From: Lysobacterales bacterium
GTDB taxonomy: Bacteria > Pseudomonadota > Gammaproteobacteria > Xanthomonadales > S139-57
Direction: 5' to 3'
Assembly: GCA_026993285.1 (NCBI GenBank)
Contig: JALWTZ010000433.1
Coordinates: 1 to 35,218 of the forward strand
DNA: 35,218 nucleotides
How positions within the stretch are numbered: the stretch's first letter is position 1; every line of letters starts with the position of its first letter. Shown here piece after piece: positions 26,451 to 34,800 of the stretch. The notes under the pieces are model-generated. The model did no database searches. It worked only from the letters and a program-made list of their open reading frames with translations, and had not been told where the DNA came from. The position numbers and the translations under genes were made by a program.

Positions 26451-26885
26451 TTATTTCCTGGGAAAGTCCTTGAGGCAGCAGCGGCCGGCCGGATTGCGGA
26501 TGGTGCAGTCACACTGGCCGCTGCGGGTCATCTGTACCACGAATTCACGAACTACCGGGTCGGTGGCCTGTTGGCGTGACACGCCGAAACAGAAACAGAC
26601 CGGGGCTTCGGGACTGGCATTCTTTCCGGCCGGCAGGTCGCGCAGTTGCGCAGTCGTCAATTGCTGTCGTTCGTGGATATACACCTGATCACAGGCGGGG
26701 TTTTCACACACCCACCAATGGCCTTTCCATTCCAGCAGCCAGGGCTGTCTGGCATGATGCAGCACGGTGATGGGTTCGATGGGCATGGCTCGCTGACCAC
26801 ATTGCGGGCAGTCTGTCGGCTTGCGCTTTGCGGTTTTATTGCCTGCTTCAGGTGGCGGCGTGTTGCAGCAACTGCTCATTTTCAA
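26451..26885 (-). CDS. Cys-rich metal-binding protein (CopZ N-terminal-like zinc-ribbon + Fe-S/metallochaperone-type domain)
   Basis: 144 aa with CPQCG...C..PAC (zinc-ribbon-like) and a C-terminal CFCFGV...GQCDCTIRNPAGRCCL pattern. As I recall it, this matches the 'copper chaperone CopZ family / putative Fe-S metallochaperone' proteins. The 5' end overlaps the alr 3' end by 38 nt. Confidence 0.5.
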   Translation of the reverse strand: MKMSSCCNTPPPEAGNKTAKRKPTDCPQCGQRAMPIEPITVLHHARQPWLLEWKGHWWVCENPACDQVYIHERQQLTTAQLRDLPAGKNASPEAPVCFCFGVSRQQATDPVVREFVVQMTRSGQCDCTIRNPAGRCCLKDFPRK

Positions 26886-27957
26886 GGCCCTCGTGGATCA
26901 CCTGGACACGGGAAGTCAGCCGCAGTACCAGTTCATAGCCTATGGTACCTGCGTACCCGGCTACGGTGTCTACAGCCACTTCCCTGCCCCACAGTTCCAC
27001 GGGCATGCCCGGCCGAATATCACGCTCCAGCCCCACATCCACAGCCAGCATGTCCATGGAGACCCGCCCGGCCAGGGGATAGCGGTGGCCATCGATGGCT
27101 ACAGGGGTGCCATCCGCCGCATGTCGTGGGTAGCCATCGCCATAGCCGGCGGAAACAATGGCGATTCGGCTATCACGCGGGCTTTGCCAACGCGCACCAT
27201 AGCCCACCTGTTCACCAGCCTTGACCGGATTGACGGCCAGCACCTGTGCCTGAAAGCACATGGCCGGCTGCAAACCCAGATCGGTAGCGGTTTTGTCCGC
27301 AACCGGGGAGATGCCATACAACATGGCTCCGGCACGCACCCAGTCATAATGGCTTTCCGGCCACTGCAGAATGCCGGCGGAGTTGGCCAGGGAGCAGGCA
27401 CCGGGCCAGTTTGCCGCCAGTTGTGCAAAGCGTTCGATCTGCAAACGCGTCCGGGTGTCGCCTGGCTGGTCGGCACAGCAGAAATGGCTCATGAGAAGCA
27501 CTTCCCGTGCGGGGACCGGCAATTTCAACAGGCGTTCCGTCAGAGAAGGCAGATCTTCCAGCGGAAAACCCAGACGATGCATGCCCGTATCCACCTTCAG
27601 CCAGAGGGAAAAGTCCAGCCTTTGCTGTTCCAGAAGCGCCAGTTGGTAGGGCTGGTGTACGACAAGATCCAGAGACCATTGATGCGCCTGCTGCAATTCC
27701 GCCGCCGATCCAACACCTTCCAGCAGCAGAACACGACCGGTAAAGCCGGCACCGCGCAGCTTGCCCGCTTCCTCCAGGGTGGCCACGGCCAGCGCATCCG
27801 CCTGCGACAAAACCGGCAGGCAACCGCGCAAGCCATGGCCGTAGGCATTGGCCTTGACGACCGCCATAACCTTCGCGCCTGCTGCCAGTTCGCGCGCACG
27901 CCGCAGGTTGTGCTGCAAGGCGACCAGGTCGATACGGGCCTGTACACGGGGTTCCAT
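26848..27957 (-). CDS. alr: alanine racemase
   Basis: 369 aa with the PLP-lysine motif AVVKANAYGHG. It sits in the typical position immediately downstream of dnaB. Confidence 0.93.
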   Translation of the reverse strand: MEPRVQARIDLVALQHNLRRARELAAGAKVMAVVKANAYGHGLRGCLPVLSQADALAVATLEEAGKLRGAGFTGRVLLLEGVGSAAELQQAHQWSLDLVVHQPYQLALLEQQRLDFSLWLKVDTGMHRLGFPLEDLPSLTERLLKLPVPAREVLLMSHFCCADQPGDTRTRLQIERFAQLAANWPGACSLANSAGILQWPESHYDWVRAGAMLYGISPVADKTATDLGLQPAMCFQAQVLAVNPVKAGEQVGYGARWQSPRDSRIAIVSAGYGDGYPRHAADGTPVAIDGHRYPLAGRVSMDMLAVDVGLERDIRPGMPVELWGREVAVDTVAGYAGTIGYELVLRLTSRVQVIHEGLENEQLLQHAAT

Positions 27958-27959
27958 GC

Positions 27960-29330
27960 CTATTCCATGCCCTGCTGGTCGGGGTAGTATTCCGGCGCGT
28001 AGTTTTCGAAGCGGGTGTATTCGCCACGAAAGACCAGATTGACCTTGCCGGTTTCACCGTTGCGCTGCTTGGCGATGATGACTTCTGCCTTGTTCTTGTG
28101 CGGCGTTTCCTTGTTGTAGACATAATCGCGGTAGATGAAGGCGATCAGGTCGGCATCCTGCTCGATGGAGCCGGATTCGCGCAGGTCGGACATCACCGGT
28201 CGCTTGTCGTTACGGGAATCCACGCTGCGGTTGAGCTGGGAGAGTGCAATCACCGGTACATCCAGTTCCTTGGCCAGTGCCTTGAGCCCACGGGAAATCT
28301 CGCCGATTTCCTGGGTACGGTTTTCCTTGCTGCCGGGTACCTGCATGAGCTGGATGTAGTCCACGACTACCAGCCCCAGCCCATGCTCGCGCTTGAGCCG
28401 GCGTGCCTTGGCCCGCAGTTCGTTGGGGGATTGGGCCGGCGTTTCATCAATGTAGATTTTTGCCCGATCGAGCATGGGCTTGGCATGGACCAGCGCATCC
28501 ATCTCCATGTCGGAAAGGTTGCCATTGCGCAAATGGCTCATTTCCACCCGGCTGACGGAGCTGAGCATGCGGGTGGTCAGTTGGATGGCCGACATTTCCA
28601 TGCTGAATACCAGTACGGTCTGTGCTTCCTTGATCGCGGCATGTTCCGCGATGTTCATCGCCAGTGTGGTCTTGCCCATGGAGGGACGACCGGCAATGAT
28701 GATGAGATCGGAACGCTGCAGGCCGGCAGTAATGGTGTCCAGATCGGCAAAGCCGGTGGGCAGGCCGGTAATGGTACCTTCCATGGAGCACAGTTCGGTG
28801 ATGTGTCGCATGGTGTCCCGGACGGCGGTATCCATGGAGATGAGCTCGCCCTTGCCACGCGCGTGACGCTCGGCAATGGAAAAGACGGCCTGTTCGGCGG
28901 ATTCCAGCAGTTCCGGCGCATCCCGGCCATTGGGGTGGAAAGCGTTTTCGGTGATTTCACTACCGGCGTCAATCAGTGCCCGCAGCACGGATTTTTCCCG
29001 CACGATCTCCGCATACGAGGCAATATTGGCTGCGCTGGCAACACTGTTGGCCAGTTCGGTCAACTGCGCCAAACCACCGGTTTCTTCCAGCAGGTTGTGC
29101 TGTACCAGCCACTCGTTGACCGTAACGATATCACCGGGCTTGTCCCGGTTACGCAAATCGGCAATGGCACGCCAGATGACGCGATGATCCTTGCGGTAGA
29201 AGTCCTCTTCCACCAGCTTGTCCGAAACCCTTTCCCAGGCACGGTCATCCAGTAACAGGCCACCCAGCACGGCCAGCTCGGCTTCCATGCTGTGGGGTGG
29301 CAGTTTCATGCTTTGCTGCTTGACATTCAT
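27960..29330 (-). CDS. dnaB: replicative DNA helicase DnaB
   Basis: 456 aa with PPHSMEAELAVLGGLL at the N-terminus, Walker A GRPSMGKTT, and the RecA-like C-terminal domain. No intein is present. Confidence 0.97.
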   Translation of the reverse strand: MNVKQQSMKLPPHSMEAELAVLGGLLLDDRAWERVSDKLVEEDFYRKDHRVIWRAIADLRNRDKPGDIVTVNEWLVQHNLLEETGGLAQLTELANSVASAANIASYAEIVREKSVLRALIDAGSEITENAFHPNGRDAPELLESAEQAVFSIAERHARGKGELISMDTAVRDTMRHITELCSMEGTITGLPTGFADLDTITAGLQRSDLIIIAGRPSMGKTTLAMNIAEHAAIKEAQTVLVFSMEMSAIQLTTRMLSSVSRVEMSHLRNGNLSDMEMDALVHAKPMLDRAKIYIDETPAQSPNELRAKARRLKREHGLGLVVVDYIQLMQVPGSKENRTQEIGEISRGLKALAKELDVPVIALSQLNRSVDSRNDKRPVMSDLRESGSIEQDADLIAFIYRDYVYNKETPHKNKAEVIIAKQRNGETGKVNLVFRGEYTRFENYAPEYYPDQQGME

Positions 29331-29431
29331 ACAGGCATTCTAGCGGGTTCCACTACGGCGGTCAGGGGAAAAACCGGGGATAATCGGTGGAAAAGTTGTG
29401 CATAAACAATTTTTTGCAGCCCCGGAAACCA

Positions 29432-29457
29432 CAAACCCCGGCCAGGGCCGGGGTTTG
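29432..29457 (-). terminator. GC-rich palindromic hairpin downstream of rplI (possible terminator/attenuator before dnaB)
   Basis: CAAACCCCGGCC (29432-29443) and GGCCGGGGTTTG (29446-29457) are perfect complements. On the minus strand the hairpin is followed by TGGTTT only, a weak U tract. Confidence 0.45.
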
Positions 29458-29482
29458 CAAGGGCCAAAGCGAAGGGTATCAA

Positions 29483-29935
29483 TCAGCCTTCGTCTTCCAC
29501 CACAATCAGCTTGATGGCCGTGCTTACATCCGCATGCAGCTTGAGAACGATCTCAAACTCGCCGATGGTACGCACCGGGCCATCGCCCATGATGACTTCG
29601 CTCTTCTGCACGGGCTTGCCCTGTTCGGTCAGGGCTTCGGCAATTTCGCGCGGGCCGATGGAGCCATAGAGCTTGCCTTCGGCACTGGCCTTGGCCGGCA
29701 TGGTCAGCTCGGTACCGTCCAGCTCATCTGCACGGGCACGGGCGGCCACCAGACGGTCGTTGGCGGCTTTTTCCAGTTCGGCACGGCGTTTTTCAAAGGC
29801 TGCCTTGTTTTCGGCAGTGGCCGGAATGGCCTTGCCCTGGGGCAACAGATAGTTGCGGCCATAGCCATTCTTGACCTTGACCACATCACCCAGTTCGCCC
29901 AGGTTCTGTACTTTTTCAAGCAGAATCAGTTCCAT
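29483..29935 (-). CDS. rplI: 50S ribosomal protein L9
   Basis: The track ORF is trimmed to ATG 29935 (MELILLEKVQNLGELGDVVKVKNGYGRNYLLPQGKA...). 150 aa. Confidence 0.95.
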   Translation of the reverse strand: MELILLEKVQNLGELGDVVKVKNGYGRNYLLPQGKAIPATAENKAAFEKRRAELEKAANDRLVAARARADELDGTELTMPAKASAEGKLYGSIGPREIAEALTEQGKPVQKSEVIMGDGPVRTIGEFEIVLKLHADVSTAIKLIVVEDEG

Positions 29936-29945
29936 GTCGGGCTCC

Positions 29946-30170
29946 TCAGTGGTTGTCGGTGTACGGCAGCAATGCCAGGTAACGGGCCCGCTTGATGGCA
30001 GTGGCCAGCTGACGCTGGTATTTGGCGCTGGTACCGGTAATGCGGCTGGGAACGATCTTGCCGGTCTCGCCCACATAGTGTTGCAGAGTGGCCAGATCCT
30101 TGTAATCGATTTCTTTCACGCCTTCGGCAGTGAAACGGCAGTACTTTCTGCGACGGAAAAAACGGGACAT
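29946..30170 (-). CDS. rpsR: 30S ribosomal protein S18
   Basis: 74 aa: [25 protein letters not shown]...[13 protein letters not shown]. Confidence 0.97.
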   Translation of the reverse strand: MSRFFRRRKYCRFTAEGVKEIDYKDLATLQHYVGETGKIVPSRITGTSAKYQRQLATAIKRARYLALLPYTDNH

Positions 30171-30173
30171 GGC

Positions 30174-30620
30174 TTACTCCTCGGTCTCGGCGGCCGCTTC
30201 TTCGGCCGGGGCTTCTTCAGCGGTTTCAGCCGGTGCTTCAGCAACCGGTGCCGCAGGCTTCTGCTCGGCTTCGCGCTCGGCTTCGCGGCGGTTCTTTTCT
30301 TCCTTGCTCTTGGCAATCAGCGACTGCTCGGTGATGGCCTCGTCACGCTTGATTACCAGATGACGCAACACGGCATCGTTGTAGCGGAACAGGCTGGTAA
30401 TTTCATCGAGCACGTCCTGGCCGCATTCCACATTCATCAGAATGTAGTGTGCCTTGTGCAGTTTCTGGATGGGATAGGCCAGACGACGACGGCCCCAGTC
30501 TTCCAGGCGATGGATGGAACCACCACCGTTTTCAATCATGCCACGGTAACGTTCCACCATGGCAGGCACTTGCTCGCTCTGGTCCGGGTGGACCAGGAAC
30601 ACGATTTCATAATGTCTCAT
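30174..30620 (-). CDS. rpsF: 30S ribosomal protein S6 (with Ala/Glu-rich C-terminal tail)
   Basis: 148 aa, [25 protein letters not shown]..., with an acidic tail ending ...AAAETEE. Confidence 0.95.
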   Translation of the reverse strand: MRHYEIVFLVHPDQSEQVPAMVERYRGMIENGGGSIHRLEDWGRRRLAYPIQKLHKAHYILMNVECGQDVLDEITSLFRYNDAVLRHLVIKRDEAITEQSLIAKSKEEKNRREAEREAEQKPAAPVAEAPAETAEEAPAEEAAAETEE

Positions 30621-30722
30621 GTGTTTTCCTTTCGGTTTAACAGCTACCCGGCGTTCCGGTGCAGCAAGGAAATCCGTGCATCTGGATCAATTGGATACAG
30701 GCGCACGGGGTGAAGCCCGCGT

Positions 30723-30750
30723 ATTCTACGGCTTTCCCACCGAAATTCAA
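30723..30750 (-). promoter_or_regulatory. sigma70-like promoter for rpsF-rpsR-rplI
   Basis: The minus strand reads TTGAAT (30750..30745), a 16-nt spacer, then TAGAAT (30728..30723). It predicts a leader of about 95 nt before rpsF. Confidence 0.4.
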
Positions 30751-30765
30751 GAAGTGCGTGATATT

Positions 30766-31764
30766 TTAGCCGCCTTCCGTGCCTGTCACTGCCGCAGAAG
30801 GGGGTTCTTGCACGCCAGCAGGCTGACTGGACCTGGCTTCCTCGGCTGCCTTTTCAGGCCCGCTTTTTTCAGGTGATACAGGCGCCTGACCCTGTGCTCC
30901 CAGAAGCGTGACTTCCACACGGCGGTTTTTTCGCCAGGCAGCCGGGTCATCTCCGGCCGGATCGGGCTGGCTTTCACCCAGGGCAAGAATACGCAGTTTC
31001 TCTTCGGGCACCCCCCCTTCCACCAGGGCTTCCGCCACGGCCTGAGCCCGGTCTTCTGACAGACGCTGGTTGTATTCCTCTGTACCGCGTTCGTCCGCGC
31101 GAGCCTGCAGCAATACCTGTTGTACGGCATCACCGTAGCGCTTGACCCCGTCGCAGATTTTCCGAATCTGACGTGTGGCATCTTCCGTCAGTTCAGCGCG
31201 GTCGGTAGCAAACCAGATGGCATAGCGCGGCGGTTCCGGCGGCAATTCCACTTTGGGTGGGGGTGGCAGCTGGTCCGGGCAGGCCAGAAAGTCCTGCAGT
31301 GCCGGGCGAAAGCCGACCGGTAGCAGGCGAATAGTCAGCGCATGTTGCGCATCGGCCCAGTCCGGAAAGAACAGGCTGATCACCTGCCCATGTTCCAGCT
31401 CCTGCAACAGCCGGTTGGCCAGACGGGGTTGCAGCAACGCCAGTTCTCCGGAGGGTGACAGGCGGATTTCCTGCAGGGTTTCAGCTTGACGGTCGTGCTG
31501 CCAGGCCGGTGGGTCCAGGCGAATCAGGGCCAGGGTATCGCCCGCCGGGTGGCGGAAACCCTGCAAGGCAAACTGCAGGCTGCCCTTTCGGCCCAGTACA
31601 AAACTCGCATCTCCCACACGCGGCACATGCTGAAACAGCCGGCATTGCTGACCGGCTTGTTCAAACTGCCAGGGTGCTTCTTCCAGTGCCGGGCTGTATA
31701 CCTCCCGTTCCGTCGCATGCACGAAGGAGACCAGCCACAGCCAAGATAACCATGCCATTTTCAT
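30766..31764 (-). CDS. MotY-like protein with C-terminal OmpA/peptidoglycan-binding domain
   Basis: 332 aa with a signal peptide (MKMAWLSWLWLVSFVHA). The N-domain W.F....QC.LFQHVPRVGDASF...PPAW mirrors my recollection of Vibrio MotY (W......EC.L.H.IP.FGDA.F...PPPW). The C-terminal OmpA-like part carries ...NQRLSEDRAQAV...NRRVEV. A Pro/Ala/Glu-rich tail of about 45 aa follows. Confidence 0.65.
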   Translation of the reverse strand: MKMAWLSWLWLVSFVHATEREVYSPALEEAPWQFEQAGQQCRLFQHVPRVGDASFVLGRKGSLQFALQGFRHPAGDTLALIRLDPPAWQHDRQAETLQEIRLSPSGELALLQPRLANRLLQELEHGQVISLFFPDWADAQHALTIRLLPVGFRPALQDFLACPDQLPPPPKVELPPEPPRYAIWFATDRAELTEDATRQIRKICDGVKRYGDAVQQVLLQARADERGTEEYNQRLSEDRAQAVAEALVEGGVPEEKLRILALGESQPDPAGDDPAAWRKNRRVEVTLLGAQGQAPVSPEKSGPEKAAEEARSSQPAGVQEPPSAAVTGTEGG

Positions 31765-31768
31765 AAAG

Positions 31769-31809
31769 CCTGTATCGGCTCAAGCTGGTACAACTTGAGC
31801 CGATACAGG
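31769..31809 (-). terminator. long perfect stem-loop between the giant lipoprotein gene and the motY-like gene
   Basis: CCTGTATCGGCTCAAG (31769-31784), a 9-nt loop, then CTTGAGCCGATACAGG (31794-31809): a perfect 16-bp stem. It starts 23 nt after the upstream stop and ends 4 nt before the motY-like ATG. Confidence 0.6.
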
Positions 31810-31832
31810 GAGGCTGATGAAAACAGAAGGGC

Positions 31833-34800
31833 TCACGGCCCTTCAAAACTGTCACTGAAAATAGTCTCATCCAGTTGAACAGTAATCACAAAGGTCTCCA
31901 CAGCCGTGCTGTCAATGCCATCGGAAAGACTCACGCTGACCGTGGCTTGCCCTGTCTGGCCGGGGATAGTGGCAAAACTCAGCACGCCACTGGCATCGAT
32001 GGCCGGCTGGGTGGCAAACAGGGCGTTGTTGTCATTGCTGACCGTGAATGTCAGCGTCTGTGAAGACTCATTGGCTGGCCCCACACTGAGATTGCTGGCC
32101 CAGGCGGCACTGTAACTGCCCTGGGTATCGCTGACTTGCACATCACCACCTGCGGTAAAGCTCGGCGGATCGTTGACCGAATTGATGGTGAGATTCACCA
32201 CCAGCGTATCGGTTCCACCGTTGCCATCACTGACCTGTACGGTAAAGCTGTCCGAGCCGTTGTAGTCAGCGTTGGGGGTGTAGCTGACATTGCCACTGGC
32301 ATCCACACCAGCCGTACCACGGTTGGCCGTTGTGCTGATACTCCAGCTCAATGGGTCGTTATCGATATCGCTGGCCAGCAGCTGTGCCAGAGAGAAGGCA
32401 GTCGGGCTACCGTCTTCATCCATGCTCACGGCTGTCTGACCATCATCGGTGCCATCCGGGTCGGTGAGAACGGGGGCATCGTTAACAGGGTCGATGGTGA
32501 CATTGACCACCAGCGTATCGGTTCCACCGTTGCCATCACTAACCTGTACGGTAAAGCTGTCCGTACCGTTGTAGTTGGCATTGGGGGCGTAGCCGACATT
32601 GCCGCTGGCATCCACGGAAGCGCTGCCATTGCTGGCGGCGGCACTGATACTCCAGCTCAAGGGGTCGCTGTCCGCATCAGTGGCGGTCAGTTGTGCCAGA
32701 GAGAATGCCGTCGGGTTGCCGTCTTCATCCATGGTCACGGCCGTCTGGCCATCATCGGTGCCATCCGGGTCGGTAATCACCGGCGCACTGTTGCTGGCAC
32801 TGGAAAGCGGTGCCTTCCAGGCGCCGCGACCATGGGTAAAGGCAAAGAGCACCGGCTGGCCGGAGATGATCTCCATATCCAGTGATTCCACCACCACATT
32901 GGCAAAGCCGGTATTTTCCTGCGCCCAGTTGGTCCCACCGTTTACCGAGACAAACATGCCCAGATCGGTGGCCAGCAACAGGCGGTTGCTGTTGTTGGGG
33001 TCCACCATCAGGTCATGGGCGGGAATATCCGGCAAGTCGTTGCTGATGTCTGTCCAGTTGACGCCGCCATTGCTGGTCTTGAACACATGGCCACAGCCAA
33101 AGGCGGACGAAGTGGCGTAGGCCACCTGATCACTGCCCGGGGCGAAACGCACCGAGGAGATGTAGCAACCCGCTTCCGGCGTGGCCACAGGCCAGTCAGT
33201 GGTTGCATCCGCACTCAGGGCCGCAGTCTGGTAGCGTATCTGCCCGTCTGTAAAACCTGCCAGTACCGCATTGGAATTGATGGGTGAAACCCCAATGGCA
33301 CTGAGGGAAGCGCCATTGTTGGTGCTGGCCTGCACCCAGCTGCCCGCCGCATCCGTGGTGCGCCACAGGTAATTGCCGCCAATCCAGAGGTTGTTGGCAT
33401 TGCCCGGATCCATGGTATGTGGGGTGATAAACAGAAAGCCAGTGTCCAGTGTGGTGTTGATGCCCGTTATGGCATCCGCCCAATTACTGCCGCCATCGCT
33501 GGATTTCTGCAAACTTAAACCTGTGTATGAGGCGTACAGAATCTGCATATTATTGGGATCGATAGAGACATAGCCACCATCACCACCAAGAATTTGCGAC
33601 CATAGATTTGGGCCATCAAGGTCATTACCCCGCAGGGTGCCATTGTCCTGGGCACCGGCAAAGTATTGTATGGAATTCGGGTAAGCCTGACCGTGGTAGA
33701 ACTGGGTAGCACCATAGCTGTTGTTCAGGTTGACCCAACCGATGCTTTCAATCCACTGTACATCTGAATAAAACGAAGGGCAGATTTCCGATGTGAGTGT
33801 TGTCCCGGCAGCAGTCGCATTATTAGCACGGTAAATGCCACCATCATTAGCCACATACATTTTGGTGTTGGTGACCCCATCATAACCGGGGTCAAACACA
33901 ATCACATGCTGGTCAGCATGGGGAGAATCGGAATTGATGCCCCCATCCCTTGGGTTAATCCACCAGTAAGAGGCAATCATCCAGTTCTGCCCGGCATCAT
34001 CGGATACCATCAAATCAACCCCACCAACCCAAATACGATTGGGATTGACCGGATCCACGGCAATCACATTATCGTACCAGCCCTGGTTGAAATAGCCCTG
34101 ACTCCAGCAAAGCAGTGCAGCCGGGTTGGTTAACTGCAAAGTATTGAGTTGATTGGCATTGTTGTTGTCCACCTGTGTAGACCAATTCGTCCCACCATCT
34201 ATCGTTCTGTAAACTGCCTGCAATCCATCTGTGTATGTTGCGTTGCTGCTGCCATCATGGGAGGCCAACACATAAAGAATATTCTGATTGGAAGGCGCCA
34301 AGGCCATGGAAGAACGACCCATTCCAGGATCATTCAACACTGCTTCCCAGGATGGGATAAACGCCTCTGCATCGTAAGAACGCCAGATCATGTGGTCATT
34401 GCGGCTGCCATCGGTGGAGAAGCAGCTGGCAAAGAGCACATCCTGGTTATTCAGATCCGTGCGCAACTGCAATTGGGTGCAACGACCAATACGGGTATTG
34501 GTGCCATCATCCAGATACATGGGTATCCAGTTTGCTCCACCATCGGTACTGCGAAACAGACCGCTGTTGGTGGCCGCATAGATACGGTTGCTGTTCCAGG
34601 CCGAGATTTTCAGGTCATTGACATAGTAGAAGCTGGAACCCGTGGTGGAAGCCAGTTGTGTCCAGGTCGCACCTCCATCGGTGGTCTTGAAGATGCCCGC
34701 GCCACGGACAGCATCCACGTTATAAAACCCCTCACCGGTGCCGGCATAAAGTATTTGGTTGTTGTTGGGGTCCATCACCAGTGAACTGACAGCCAGGTTG

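Noticed and set aside
30171-30173. Absence of priB between rpsF and rpsR
   Set aside because: Only 3 nt separate the two genes. Many non-enteric proteobacteria lack priB at this locus, so this is a lineage trait rather than an anomaly.
26821-30713. + strand ORFs opposite alr, dnaB and the ribosomal protein genes (26821..27987, 28098..29255, 29387..29995, 29871..30713)
   Set aside because: Same reasoning: they are antisense to conserved genes and have low-complexity translations.
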